Assembly: GCA_938084645.1 (NCBI GenBank)
Contig: CALKEP010000011.1
Span: 1-64,000, forward strand
DNA length: 64,000 nt
Direction of reading: 5' to 3'
From: an uncultured Phycisphaerales bacterium
GTDB taxonomy: Bacteria > Planctomycetota > Phycisphaerae > Phycisphaerales > SM1A02
Position numbers and translations under genes: made by a program. The notes below the pieces were generated by a model that did not search any database, had not been told where the DNA came from, and worked only from the letters and a program-made list of their open reading frames with translations. Numbering within the stretch: position 1 is the stretch's first letter; each line of letters opens with the position of its first letter. This document shows positions 49,648 through 60,123 of this stretch, piece after piece.

Positions 49648-50676
49648 ATGAACATCTCGCAACGCATCCTTCTCTCGATCATTCCGGCGCTGCTGCTCTG
49701 CGGTTGCGGCGACACGAGTCCATCCGGCGACACCGCCGGGGCTGCCGACGACCGGCCTCGCCTGGCCTACGTCACCAACGGGGTCGCGGACTTCTGGACC
49801 ATCGCGAAGGCCGGTGCGGACACCGCCGGCGTCGACTTCGATGCGGAGGTCGACGTGCTGATGCCCACCGGCGGGGTCACGGATCAGAAGCGGATGCTGG
49901 AGGATCTGGTGACCAGGCAGGTCGACGGCATCGCGGTCAGCCCGATCGATCCGGGAAACCAGATCGACGTCATCGACGCCGCGGCGGCCCGGACTCCCGT
50001 CATCACGCACGATTCGGATGCGCCGGGGTCCGCTCGTCGCTGCTACATCGGCATGGACAACTACGATGCAGGGCGGATGTGCGGCAAGCTCGTGAAGGAG
50101 GCGCTTCCGGATGGCGGCGAGATCTACATCTTCGTGGGCCGCATCGAACAGGACAACGCCCGGCGGCGGCGACAGGGCGTCATCGACGAGTTGCTCGACC
50201 GATCGGAAGACCCGGAGCGGTTCGACGAGCCCGGGGCGCCCATCGAGGGCGAGCGATACACGATCCTCGGGACCCTCACCGATCAGTTCGACCGCGCGAA
50301 GGGCAAGGCGAACGTGGAGGACGTGCTCAGTCGTCATCCCGGGGTCGACGGTCTCGTCGGGCTCTTCGCCTACAACCCGCCGCTGATTCTCGAAGCGCTC
50401 GAGGGAGCGGGCAAGATCGGAGAGATCTCGGTGATCGCATTCGACGAGGACGACGAGACGCTCCAGGGCATCATCGACGGATCGGTGGTGGGCACCATCG
50501 TCCAGAATCCCTACATGTACGGGTACAAGTCGATCGAGGTGCTGTCGAAGATCGCTCGCGGCGAGGATCCGGGCATTCCCGCGGACGGCATGATCGCGAT
50601 TCCGGCCCGAACGATCCGCGCCGCCGACGTCGAGGCGTTCTGGGCCGATCTCAAGACCAAGACCGGCAAGCAGTGA
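49648..50676 (+). CDS. Monosaccharide ABC transporter substrate-binding lipoprotein (RbsB-like)
   Basis: Lipobox LLCGC, VDGIAVSP, ITHDSDAP, YIGMDNYDAG, IAFDED, IVQNPY..GY. Confidence 0.93.
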   Translation: MNISQRILLSIIPALLLCGCGDTSPSGDTAGAADDRPRLAYVTNGVADFWTIAKAGADTAGVDFDAEVDVLMPTGGVTDQKRMLEDLVTRQVDGIAVSPIDPGNQIDVIDAAAARTPVITHDSDAPGSARRCYIGMDNYDAGRMCGKLVKEALPDGGEIYIFVGRIEQDNARRRRQGVIDELLDRSEDPERFDEPGAPIEGERYTILGTLTDQFDRAKGKANVEDVLSRHPGVDGLVGLFAYNPPLILEALEGAGKIGEISVIAFDEDDETLQGIIDGSVVGTIVQNPYMYGYKSIEVLSKIARGEDPGIPADGMIAIPARTIRAADVEAFWADLKTKTGKQ

Positions 50677-50710
50677 TCACCGGTCCGTCCCACGGGAGAC
50701 CGTACCGCCC

Positions 50711-52240
50711 GTGATTCTCCAGGCCCGCAACATCGTCAAGCGCTACCCGGGCGTCCTCGCGCTCGACGAGGTCGACCTCGATGTGGCCGCCGGCGAGATC
50801 GTCGCGGTCGTGGGCGAGAACGGGGCGGGCAAGAGCACGTTGATGAAGATCCTCGCCGGCGACGTCGCTCCCGACGACGGGAGTCTGCTCGTCGATGGCG
50901 AGGTGACCCGCTTCGGCTCGCCTCGGGAGGCGATCGATGCGGGGGTCGTGCTCATCCATCAGGAACTGAGCCTCGCCGACAATCTCGACGTCGGGGCCAA
51001 CATCCTGCTCGGCCGGGAACCCCGCAGTGGTCCGTTCCTTCTTCGGGAGGCGGCGACGGCTCGTGCGACCGTCGCACTCCGGGCGGCGGGACTCGATCTC
51101 GAACCCTCCCGATCGGTCGCGGAACTCGGCATGGGGACTCGACAGCTGGTGGAGATCGCGAAGGCGTTGTCCACCGACGCGCGGGTCCTGATCATGGACG
51201 AGCCGACCTCCAGCCTGACCACCACGGAAGCCGACCGACTCTTCGAGACGATCGAGCGTCTGCGCGACGAGGGGACCGCGATCGTCTACATCTCCCATCG
51301 GCTCGGCGAGATCGAACGCCTCGCCGATCGAGTCGTGGTCCTGCGGGACGGCCGTTTCGTCAAGTCGTTCGAGCGGGCGGAGGTCACTCGGCATCGGCTC
51401 GTGGAATCGATGGTCGGACGGGACCTCTCGGGGGATGTCGGCTTTCGAGCCGACGTCGAATTCCAGACCGGACCGCCGAGGCTCGAAGTTCGCGGGCTCC
51501 GCACCACGCGCCATCCGGGGCACGCGGTCGATCTCACGGTCCGGCCGGGTGAGATCGTCGCCCTCGCGGGACTGGTGGGGGCGGGTCGGACCGAGCTTCT
51601 CAGGGCGATCTTCGGAATCGATTCGCGGACCGCGGGCGACGTCCTGGTGGACGGCGTGCCGACCAGGATCCGCCGGCCCTCGGATGCGGCCGCCGCGGGC
51701 ATCGCCTTCGTCCCGGAGGATCGCAAGGCCGACGGCCTGCTCCTCGAGGAGTCGATCGGGGAGAATCTCGTCCTGCCCGGGCTCGCGCGGACCGCCGTCG
51801 GCGGCATCTTCCGTCGACGGCCGTCGGAACGCGGGTTCGCGGAGACGCTGATGCGGCGGATGGGGGTTCGGCCGGCCATTCCGACGCTCGAGGCCGGAGG
51901 GCTCTCGGGCGGAAACCAGCAGAAGGTCGCGGTCGGGCGATGGGTGGGATGTGAACCGGACGTGTTCCTGCTCGACGAGCCCACGCGGGGCGTCGACGTG
52001 GGCGCGAAGGCGGAGATCCACGCGTTGCTCGATCGGATCGCACGGGGTGGCGCCTCCGTGATCGCCGCGAGCAGCGAGATGGAGGAACTTCTCGCGGTCG
52101 CCGACCGGGTGGTGGTGATGCACGAGGGCCGGATCGCGGGAGAACTCGCTCGACACGAGGCGACGGAGTCGGCGATCATGCGGCTCGCCACCGGAGACCC
52201 CGTTCCCCGGATCGCCCGGCGAACGGAGACCTCGTCGTGA
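50711..52240 (+). CDS. Sugar ABC transporter ATP-binding protein (RbsA-like, two NBDs)
   Basis: GENGAGKST, MDEPT, YISHR, GLVGAGRTEL, LSGGNQQKV, DEPTRGVDVGAK. Confidence 0.97.
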   Translation: MILQARNIVKRYPGVLALDEVDLDVAAGEIVAVVGENGAGKSTLMKILAGDVAPDDGSLLVDGEVTRFGSPREAIDAGVVLIHQELSLADNLDVGANILLGREPRSGPFLLREAATARATVALRAAGLDLEPSRSVAELGMGTRQLVEIAKALSTDARVLIMDEPTSSLTTTEADRLFETIERLRDEGTAIVYISHRLGEIERLADRVVVLRDGRFVKSFERAEVTRHRLVESMVGRDLSGDVGFRADVEFQTGPPRLEVRGLRTTRHPGHAVDLTVRPGEIVALAGLVGAGRTELLRAIFGIDSRTAGDVLVDGVPTRIRRPSDAAAAGIAFVPEDRKADGLLLEESIGENLVLPGLARTAVGGIFRRRPSERGFAETLMRRMGVRPAIPTLEAGGLSGGNQQKVAVGRWVGCEPDVFLLDEPTRGVDVGAKAEIHALLDRIARGGASVIAASSEMEELLAVADRVVVMHEGRIAGELARHEATESAIMRLATGDPVPRIARRTETSS

Positions 52241-53223
52241 AGCGTGCCAGGAAGATCCTCGGCGTGTTCGGCCTGCTGGTCGCGACCTGCATCGCGACGT
52301 CGGCGCTGACGCCCTACTTCCTCACCTCGTACAACATCGAGAACCTGCTTCGACGGACCTCGCTCTTCGGTGTCATCTCGATCGGCGCCGCGTTCGTCAT
52401 CATCGTGGGGGGGATCGATCTCTCGATCGGATCGGTGGTGGCCCTGGTCGGCTGTCTTCTTCCCTGGCTGCTCGTCGAACACGGGGTGCCGATCTGGTTC
52501 GCCGTTCCCGGCGTGCTGCTGCTGGGACTCGTGCTGGGACTGTGTCACGGCATCCTGGTGCAGCGGGTGCGTCTGCAGCCGTTCATCGTCACGCTCTGCG
52601 GGCTCCTCATCTACCGAGGGCTGGCTCGGGGCGTCACGGGGGACCAGACCGTCGGATTCCAGAATGGATACAAGGGCCTGCGAAGCATCGTGAAGACGCG
52701 ATTCGAGGTGCCGGGGCTCGACGGTTTCGCGATCCCCTCGACGCTCCTGATCATGGTGGTGATCGCGACCCTCGCGATCATCTTCCTTCGCTTCACGGTC
52801 TGGGGACGTCATCTGCTCGCCACCGGTCGCAATGCGTCCGCGGCTCGCCACGGGGGGGTGCGGACCGACCGATACGTGGTCCTGGCCTACGTGATCTGCG
52901 CCGGGCTCGCGGGGCTCGGGGGAATGCTCTTCATCCTCGACGTCGGCAGCGCGCAGCCCGCGGACTTCGGGAACTTCTACGAACTCTTCGCGATCGCCGC
53001 CGCGGTCCTCGGCGGCTGCAGCCTTCGCGGCGGGGAGGGCTCGGTGATCGGCGTGATCATCGGGGCCGCGTTGATGCAGGTCCTGCAGAACGCCATCACC
53101 CTGATCGACTGGATTCCCGACAACATCCAGTATGCGGTCATCGGCGCGGTGATCATCGCGGGTGCGGTCTCGGACGAGGGATTCCGACGGCTGGTGCTTC
53201 GAAGACGGGCTGGGGCACCTTGA
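52237..53223 (+). CDS. Sugar ABC transporter permease (RbsC-like)
   Basis: GGIDLSIGS, QPFIVTL, YELFAIAAAVLGGCSLRGGEG. Confidence 0.96.
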   Translation: MKRARKILGVFGLLVATCIATSALTPYFLTSYNIENLLRRTSLFGVISIGAAFVIIVGGIDLSIGSVVALVGCLLPWLLVEHGVPIWFAVPGVLLLGLVLGLCHGILVQRVRLQPFIVTLCGLLIYRGLARGVTGDQTVGFQNGYKGLRSIVKTRFEVPGLDGFAIPSTLLIMVVIATLAIIFLRFTVWGRHLLATGRNASAARHGGVRTDRYVVLAYVICAGLAGLGGMLFILDVGSAQPADFGNFYELFAIAAAVLGGCSLRGGEGSVIGVIIGAALMQVLQNAITLIDWIPDNIQYAVIGAVIIAGAVSDEGFRRLVLRRRAGAP

Positions 53224-53272
53224 ATCGATCGAACCGATACCATCCGATTTCCTCAACCTCGGAGATTCGTCC

Positions 53273-54403
53273 ATGCGTCACGCTCTGCCCGCCCTTCTCG
53301 CCGGTCTGTTCATCATCGCCGGAGGATGCTCGGTGAACTCGGCCCGCGTCGAGACCACGTCCTGGGGCAGCGTGAACGGCGAGACCGTGCGTCGATACAC
53401 GCTTCGGAACGAGAACGGAATGGAGGTCGGCCTCAGCGACTACGGGGCGATGGTCACCAGCCTCCGGGTGCCCGACCGGAACGGACGGGCGGTCGACGTC
53501 GTGCTCGGCTTCGACACCGCGGAGGAATATCCCGAGAAGAGCCACTATTTCGGATGCTCGGTGGGACGGGTGGGCAACCGCATCGCCGGTGGCACCTTCG
53601 AACTCGAGGGCGAGACCTACGAACTCGCCCGCAACAACCCGCCGAACCACCTGCACGGCGGCGACCGCGGCTTCGACAAGCACGTCTGGGACGCGACCGA
53701 GATCTTCACCACCAAGGGCCCGGGCATCCGGTTCACCCGGACCAGTCCCGACGGCGAGGAGGGGTATCCCGGAACGCTCGCGGCCGAAGTCGTGTACCTC
53801 CTCACCGAGAAGAACGAACTGATCGTCGAGATGATGGCGACCACCGATGCGGCGACGCCCTGCAACCTCGTTCATCACACCTACTGGAATCTCGGTGGTC
53901 ACGACTCGGGGACGATTCTCGACCATCTTCTGGTGGTCGGCGCGCAACGCTACACGCCGGTCGATGAGACGATGATTCCCACCGGTGAACTCGCCCCGGT
54001 GGAGGGCACGGCCCTTGACTTCCGCGTGGCGAAGTCGATCGGGAGGGACATGGACGCTTTCCCGGCGAATGACGACGGTCCCGGCGGATACGACCACAAC
54101 TTCTGCCTCGACGGTGGTCCGGGTGAATTCCGCGACGTCGCGATGCTCGGCGATCCGGGGACCGGGATCACCATGACCATCGCCTCCGACCAGCCCGGAC
54201 TCCAGTTCTACACCGGCAACTACCTCGACGGCATGGTCGGGAAGTCGGGTGCGGTCTACGACCGCAACCAGGGCGTCTGCCTCGAGACCCAGGCCTGGCC
54301 GGATGCGATCAACCACCAGGGCGAGCCCGAGTGGCCGGACGTGATTCTCCGGCCCGACGGCACCTACCGGCACATCATGGTCCACCGGTTCACCACGAGG
54401 TGA
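53273..54403 (+). CDS. galM: Aldose 1-epimerase (mutarotase) with export signal
   Basis: DVVLGFD, GRVGNRI, NHLHGG, GEEGYPG, HTYWNL, GYDHNF, QFYTGN, CLETQ; signal MRHALPALLAGLFIIAGGC; GGAG RBS. Confidence 0.95.
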   Translation: MRHALPALLAGLFIIAGGCSVNSARVETTSWGSVNGETVRRYTLRNENGMEVGLSDYGAMVTSLRVPDRNGRAVDVVLGFDTAEEYPEKSHYFGCSVGRVGNRIAGGTFELEGETYELARNNPPNHLHGGDRGFDKHVWDATEIFTTKGPGIRFTRTSPDGEEGYPGTLAAEVVYLLTEKNELIVEMMATTDAATPCNLVHHTYWNLGGHDSGTILDHLLVVGAQRYTPVDETMIPTGELAPVEGTALDFRVAKSIGRDMDAFPANDDGPGGYDHNFCLDGGPGEFRDVAMLGDPGTGITMTIASDQPGLQFYTGNYLDGMVGKSGAVYDRNQGVCLETQAWPDAINHQGEPEWPDVILRPDGTYRHIMVHRFTTR

Positions 54404-55101
54404 CCGACCGGCGGGAGGGCGTTGGTCGACGTCCTCGTCGTGGAAGATCCACGGCACGCAGGGCGGTTGGAATCGTGTCGCTCCTGCTGCTGGGGGGCCT
54501 CGTCTCGTCGGGCATCGCCGTCCTCGCGGCCTCGACGAGCTCGAAGGAGACGGCGACCCTTCACCTGTCCGCGACGGATGCGGACGACCTTCGGTGGTGG
54601 AACCAATCGATGCCGGTCGGTCGCGATCTCGACTGGACCCTGGTGGATCCCCGACGCCGACGCTTCGAACCGGGACTCGAGGTGATCACCTTCGAGGCGC
54701 GAGCGATCTCCCGGGAGACGGGGCAGCCCGACATCGCGAGGGCCGAGCGGATTCGAGCGGGGTGGCCTGCGGCCTGCCTCGAGGGCGTCACCTGGTTCCT
54801 CATGCGGGCGACGAGTCCTCCATCCTCACCGGAGATGGTCGATGAGGGGCTGGTGCCGATCGAACTCGAGGGCGGATCCCGCTTCATCCCGATTCGGCCG
54901 ATCATGGGTGGTCTGATCCTCGATTCGGTCGTGATGGCGGCGATCCTCGGAGGATTCGGCCGGGTGCCCTCCGTCTTGCGGTGGGTACGCGGTCGCTTCA
55001 GACGTCGGGCGGGTCGTTGTCCGGTCTGCGGCTATCCGGGGCTCCTGGTTCGATGCCCGGAGTGCGGGTTCCGACGGAATGCGCCACGGGGCGCGTGTTG
55101 A
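54400..55101 (+). CDS. Hypothetical membrane protein with C-terminal CxxC-CxxC zinc ribbon
   Basis: Two TM segments, AGWP..C motif, RRRAGRCPVCGY.....CPECG; GTGA overlap with galM. Confidence 0.7.
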   Translation: MTDRREGVGRRPRRGRSTARRAVGIVSLLLLGGLVSSGIAVLAASTSSKETATLHLSATDADDLRWWNQSMPVGRDLDWTLVDPRRRRFEPGLEVITFEARAISRETGQPDIARAERIRAGWPAACLEGVTWFLMRATSPPSSPEMVDEGLVPIELEGGSRFIPIRPIMGGLILDSVVMAAILGGFGRVPSVLRWVRGRFRRRAGRCPVCGYPGLLVRCPECGFRRNAPRGAC

Positions 55102-55186
55102 CCTCGTGCCGGTGACCGGGGACCATCGGGCACCGGATCGTCGCACGCCGTGCCGTTCCTCCGTCCTCTCACAGCAGGCCGAGACC

Positions 55187-56500
55187 ATGCCGACCTTCAA
55201 GGCCCCCAAGGGCACGCGCGACTTCTATCCCGAGGACATGGCGGTTCGTCGTCGAATCGAGGATGCCTGGCGCAGCGCGTCGATCGGGCACGGCTTCGAG
55301 GAGATCGAGGGACCGACCTTCGAGCACCTCGGGCTCTACACCGTGAAGAGCGGAGACGGCATCGTGAGCGAGCTGTTCTCGTTCCGCCGGTCGGGCGGGA
55401 CCGACGACTACGCCCTCCGTCCCGAATTCACGCCGACCCTGGCCCGGATGGTCGCGGCCCGAGGGGGAAGCCTGCCTCGGCCGATCAAGTGGTTCGCGAT
55501 TCCGTCCCACTTCCGCGCGGAACGCCCGCAGCGCGGTCGACTTCGCGAGTTCTTCCAGTGGAACGTCGACATGCTCGGTCTCGACGACCCGTCCGCGGAT
55601 GCCGAGGTCCTCTCGACCGGACTCGCCGCGCTCGACGCGCTCGGTCTGCGTCCCGACGTCGCGACGGTCCGACTGAGCCACCGGGACGCGGTCGCGTCGG
55701 CGCTCGAGGCCCTCGGCGTCGAACGCGAGTCGATGCACGCGGCGTTCCAGCTGCTCGATCGTCGAGACAAGCTCCCGCCCGAGGAGTTCGCGAAGAAGGC
55801 AGGTGATCTGGGACTCGGCCCGGACGGCCTCGCGGCGTTCGACCGACTCGCCCGCATTCGACGTCCGATCACGGTCGATCCCGCGGAGATCGCCGCGGAG
55901 ACCGGCGTCCCGGTCGCGGCGTTCGAGCCGATGGTCGCGTTGCGCGAGGCGCTCGACGACGCCGGTGTGTCGGAGTGGTGCGAGTGGGATCTGGGCATCG
56001 TCCGGGGTCTCGCGTACTACACGGGCACCGTCTTCGAGGTCCACGAAACGGGTGGGGGGGAACGTGCGATCGCGGGGGGTGGCCGGTACGACGGACTGGT
56101 GGAACTGATGGGGGGACCCCCGACCAGTGCGGTCGGATTCGGGATGGGAGACGTCGTCCTCGGACTGGTGCTGCGGGATCGAGGGCTGCTCGACGGCATC
56201 GAACCGCCGCGCCCCACGGTCTTCGTGCTGGTCGCGGATGACGTCGCGGAACGTCCGGCGGCGCGGATCCTCGCGTCGCTTCGGCAGGCCGGCGTCCATG
56301 CACGCCGGAGCTACCGGGCGACGCGTAACGTCGGGAAGCTGATGTCGGAAGCGAGTCGCGCCGGTGCGGGGCATGCGGTGATCGTCGGGCGGGAACTGGA
56401 GGAAGGGATGGTGGTGGTCAAGGACCTGCGCGGCGGAGGCCAGGAGACCATCCCCGTCGACTCGCTGGTCACGATGTTCACGGGTGGAGACGACGAATGA
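55187..56500 (+). CDS. hisS: Histidine--tRNA ligase
   Basis: PKGTRDFYP, LRPEFT, FRAERPQRGRLREF.Q, VRGLAYYTG, GGGRYD, anticodon-binding C-domain. Confidence 0.97.
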   Translation: MPTFKAPKGTRDFYPEDMAVRRRIEDAWRSASIGHGFEEIEGPTFEHLGLYTVKSGDGIVSELFSFRRSGGTDDYALRPEFTPTLARMVAARGGSLPRPIKWFAIPSHFRAERPQRGRLREFFQWNVDMLGLDDPSADAEVLSTGLAALDALGLRPDVATVRLSHRDAVASALEALGVERESMHAAFQLLDRRDKLPPEEFAKKAGDLGLGPDGLAAFDRLARIRRPITVDPAEIAAETGVPVAAFEPMVALREALDDAGVSEWCEWDLGIVRGLAYYTGTVFEVHETGGGERAIAGGGRYDGLVELMGGPPTSAVGFGMGDVVLGLVLRDRGLLDGIEPPRPTVFVLVADDVAERPAARILASLRQAGVHARRSYRATRNVGKLMSEASRAGAGHAVIVGRELEEGMVVVKDLRGGGQETIPVDSLVTMFTGGDDE

Positions 56501-57309
56501 TCACGACCTTCGGCATTCTCCTCATCGTATGCTTCGGTCTCGCCGCGCCGTCGCCCCGGCAGTCGGGGCCGCCCGCCGCCCGGTCGGGGGACGATCTCGT
56601 GTCGCAACCGGCGATCGATGCCAACGACGACGACTCGAACGACGGGGTGCGGAGCCCGCCCGCGGTCGCATCGCGCACCGGGGTGACCGCCGTGTTGTCG
56701 ACGCTCGACGCGCCGCCCCCGGGATTCGACGGCAAGTCCCGGGTCCTCCTCATCCCGGGCCGTGGTCTGCAGGGTTGGCGAGGCGTGGCGGTCGAGGATG
56801 ATCTCGATGGATGGCGGGTCGACGAGAAGGGAAATCTTCTCGCGGGACCGGCCGACATCGAGACGGTCGAGCCCTACCGGGACTTCCAACTCCACCTCGA
56901 GTACTCGCTGCCCCGGACGCCGGGGCGAGTCGGCGTGCACGCGGCGGCCACCTGGATCCGTCTGCACGATCGATTCCGGATTGAGTTCCGCAACGACTAC
57001 GGACGTCCCGCCCGATCGTCGGGAACCGGATCGGTGCTGGAGCACGCCATGCCGCTGGTGAACGCGGCGCTCCCCGCGCCCGGCTGGCAGCCGGTGGACA
57101 TCTACTTCCGAGGGCCGCGGATCGAGGACGGCGTGGTCACGGAGGCGGCTCGAATCACCATGATGGTGAACGGGGTGCTGGTGCAGAACAACGTGTCCTT
57201 GACGCCTTCCGAGGACGACGAATCGGCCCCATCGGAATCGAGTCGAATCATCCTCGAGGGCTGTGACGTTCCGGTCTACTTCCGGAACATCTGGATCCGA
57301 CCGTCGTGA
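56497..57309 (+). CDS. Exported DUF1080 (3-keto-disaccharide hydrolase-like) protein, divergent
   Basis: YRDFQLHLEY, WQPVDIYFRGPR, ARIT..VNGVLVQ, PVYFRNIWIR; signal peptide. Confidence 0.8.
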   Translation: MITTFGILLIVCFGLAAPSPRQSGPPAARSGDDLVSQPAIDANDDDSNDGVRSPPAVASRTGVTAVLSTLDAPPPGFDGKSRVLLIPGRGLQGWRGVAVEDDLDGWRVDEKGNLLAGPADIETVEPYRDFQLHLEYSLPRTPGRVGVHAAATWIRLHDRFRIEFRNDYGRPARSSGTGSVLEHAMPLVNAALPAPGWQPVDIYFRGPRIEDGVVTEAARITMMVNGVLVQNNVSLTPSEDDESAPSESSRIILEGCDVPVYFRNIWIRPS

Positions 57310-57950
57310 TCGATCCCGCACGCTGTCTCGTCGTCGTCGCCACCGATCGCGAAGCCGCGCCGTTCCGGAGCGCCGGTCTTCGGACGGTGGTCTCGGGAGT
57401 CGGACGCGTGAACGCCGCCGTTGCGACGACGATCGCGATCCAGGGCCTCGAATCGACGCCCTTCGTGATCGCCTCCGGCATCGCGGGATCGCTGCCCCGG
57501 CCCGATGCGCGGTCGATCGGAGACATCGTGATCGGGGATCGTGCGATCGCCGCCGACGAGGGGATCCGCACCCCGACCGGATTCCAGTCGATCGCGGAGA
57601 TGGGGTTTCCACTGGCGGGGTTCATGGACGGCGACGCCGTCCTCTCGGATGTGGGACTGGTCCGGGGGCTCGCGGCGCGGCTGCCGGACGCGGTGGTCGG
57701 CCCGATCGCGACGGTGGGAACCTGTTCCGGCACCGACGATCTGGCCTCGGAACTCGCCGCACGAACCGGGGCGATCGCGGAGGCGATGGAAGGCGCGGCG
57801 GTGCTCCAGGCGGCGGGATTGCTCGGGGCGCGAGCGGTGGAGGTCCGGGTGATCTCGAACGGCACCGGTGACCGGGCCCGGCAGGTCTGGGACCTCGACA
57901 AGGCGTTCTCGGCGCTCGTGAACGTGGCGGAGGCGATCGCGTCGGATTGA
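57306..57950 (+). CDS. mqnB: Futalosine hydrolase (PNP/MTAN family)
   Basis: SGVG.VNAA, GIAG, ADEG..TP.GF.S...MGF, TVGTCSGTD, EAMEGAAV, VRVISN.TGDR..Q.WD. Confidence 0.85.
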   Translation: MIDPARCLVVVATDREAAPFRSAGLRTVVSGVGRVNAAVATTIAIQGLESTPFVIASGIAGSLPRPDARSIGDIVIGDRAIAADEGIRTPTGFQSIAEMGFPLAGFMDGDAVLSDVGLVRGLAARLPDAVVGPIATVGTCSGTDDLASELAARTGAIAEAMEGAAVLQAAGLLGARAVEVRVISNGTGDRARQVWDLDKAFSALVNVAEAIASD

Positions 57951-58134
57951 TCGGCCTGCAGGGGTGGCGCTCGCCCGGTCGGTTCCCGGACCCCGCCGCA
58001 CAGGTCGGATGACCGGATCCATTCCAATCGACGTGTTCGATCAACCGTTCGGACCCTGCTCAACAGTCGTGCCAGAAGGGCCGATGCCTCTCTCGGACCG
58101 TGGATCTTCCTCCACGTTCCTGGAGATGCATCAC

Positions 58135-59367
58135 ATGCGCATTCGGAGGATGTTCTCGAAGACGGTCTCGCCGGTGGTCGCCGATTTCGGTGCGGCATCG
58201 GTGAAGCTTCTTCAGGTCGCCGACGGCGACGCCCCCTCGATCGTGGCCGCGGCCGAGCTCGAGATCCCCGACGAAGCCCGAGGAAACGTCGATCGGCGAT
58301 TCGCCTTTCTCGCGGAGGAGCTCCCGGGCGTGCTTCGCGGGCATTCGTTCGAGGGCAAGCGGGTGATCTGCTCCCCCGCGAGTTCCCACTTCATCGTTCA
58401 ACAGAACAGGACCGACGAGTCCAGCCCGCTCAGCGCCGACGACCAGGTCGCGGCGGAGGTGGCAGGGCGGATGAACTGTCTTCCCAAGGCGGTCGTCGCA
58501 CGATCCTTTCCCATTCCCGGAAGCGAGCGGGACCGGGTGGTGCTCGCGATCGCCCGCGATGACGTGATGCGTCACGTCGATCTCTTCAAGCGATGTCGAC
58601 ACGACCTCGTCGGCGTCCAGCCCGATCAGGTCCCGATGCTCCACGCCTTCGACCATCTTCACCGACGTGACGAGGATCGTTCGATCAGCACGATGTACGT
58701 CGATGCCGGCTGGGGTGCGGTGAAGGTGGCGGTGGCCCGGGGCGGTCAGCTCGTCTTCGCGCGGATCATCCACGTCGGCGGTCGACAGTTCGACGAGATC
58801 GCGGCGACGACCTGGGGTTGCACCACGACCGACGCCCGGGGGCGTCGACGTCGGAGCGAGGCGACGAACGTCGCCCCGAAGCCGATCGCCGGACCCGAGA
58901 CGTCCGGTCCCGGGGCCGGCTCGGTGATGCTCCGAGCGGGCATGGCGAAGGCCGATGCCGACCGAAATCGCACCGACGCCACGCAGGACCCGAGCGTCGC
59001 GCTCACCGAGGATCGACGCACGGGCGAGCCCGCGCCGACGCTGGCGGGCGTGACCACGGCCTGTCCGCAGCCGGACTTCCTCGAGGTGCACGAGACCATC
59101 GCCGACGAACTCTCGATGTGCGCCCGCTACGCCCAGGCGTCGCTTGGTGCGCCGATCGACCGCATGGTGATGCTGGGGGGCGAGTCGCACAGTCGGCGCT
59201 TCGCGGGTCACCTGGCGCGTCGGCTCGGAATCAAGACCAGTGTGGGAGACCCCGTACGCAGACTGCTGGACCACACGCCGATCGGCGTCGGTCCGCTCGA
59301 ACCCGGTCGGGAGTATCCCGAATGGGTCGTGGCGTGCGGAATGTGCGCCATGGGAGCCGCCGCTTGA
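58135..59367 (+). CDS. pilM: Type IV pilus assembly protein PilM-like
   Basis: Actin-like VADFGAASVKLLQ, YVDAG, LVFARII.VGG, MLGGE; first gene of an M-N-O run. Confidence 0.85.
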   Translation: MRIRRMFSKTVSPVVADFGAASVKLLQVADGDAPSIVAAAELEIPDEARGNVDRRFAFLAEELPGVLRGHSFEGKRVICSPASSHFIVQQNRTDESSPLSADDQVAAEVAGRMNCLPKAVVARSFPIPGSERDRVVLAIARDDVMRHVDLFKRCRHDLVGVQPDQVPMLHAFDHLHRRDEDRSISTMYVDAGWGAVKVAVARGGQLVFARIIHVGGRQFDEIAATTWGCTTTDARGRRRRSEATNVAPKPIAGPETSGPGAGSVMLRAGMAKADADRNRTDATQDPSVALTEDRRTGEPAPTLAGVTTACPQPDFLEVHETIADELSMCARYAQASLGAPIDRMVMLGGESHSRRFAGHLARRLGIKTSVGDPVRRLLDHTPIGVGPLEPGREYPEWVVACGMCAMGAAA

Positions 59368-59382
59368 TCGGCTGGAGACGTC

Positions 59383-60123
59383 ATGACTGAGAACAAGGAC
59401 TTCAATTCAGGTTTCCTCCCCGACGACTACGTCGCCAAGCGTGCGGAACGACGCATGACCGTGCTTGCGGTCACGCTCTTCGTACTGGTGATGTTCGGGG
59501 TGACGACCGCCTTCGTGGTGACCCAGCGGAACTGGACGGATGTGCGTTCGGCCAGGACCGCGGTCAACCAGCGTTTCGTCGCGGCGGGGGATCGGATCGC
59601 GGAGATGGACGCCTACGAGATGCGGGTCAGTCGCATGGTCGACAAGGCGCACGTCGCGGTCGGCCTGGTGGACACCGTGCCGCGATCCAACCTGCTCGCG
59701 GAGCTGGTCCGGCAGATGCCCGCCGAACTGAGTCTGATGCGGGTGGGGCTCGAGACCGACGAGATCAAGCCGCCGCGACCGAAGCCGTCGGCGGTGGCGA
59801 CGTTGGCATCCGGTCGGAAGAAGAGTTCCGCCGCCGCGGACGTCGAGGCCGAGGAGATCCGTCCGGAGCCGCGCCGCTGGGCTTCGCGGGTGACGCTCGA
59901 GGGACTCGCACCGTCGCTCGACGAGGTTTCGCGATTCATCGACGCGTTGGTGAAGGTCGAGATCTTCCGACGCGTCAGGCTCGACCACACCCAGGAGAAG
60001 GAGATCGACGGTCGCCCGATGCGGGAGTACCGGATCCTCTTCGAAATCGATCCCGAGGCCGACATCCGCGAGACTCGAAGCATCGCGGGCGTCGTGGCCA
60101 CCGAGACGGAGGATGGACGATGA
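59383..60123 (+). CDS. pilN: PilN domain protein
   Basis: N-terminal FLP motif, single TM, coiled coil, LLAEL...MP..L.L, LEGLAPS..EVSRFI..L. Confidence 0.85.
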   Translation: MTENKDFNSGFLPDDYVAKRAERRMTVLAVTLFVLVMFGVTTAFVVTQRNWTDVRSARTAVNQRFVAAGDRIAEMDAYEMRVSRMVDKAHVAVGLVDTVPRSNLLAELVRQMPAELSLMRVGLETDEIKPPRPKPSAVATLASGRKKSSAAADVEAEEIRPEPRRWASRVTLEGLAPSLDEVSRFIDALVKVEIFRRVRLDHTQEKEIDGRPMREYRILFEIDPEADIRETRSIAGVVATETEDGR

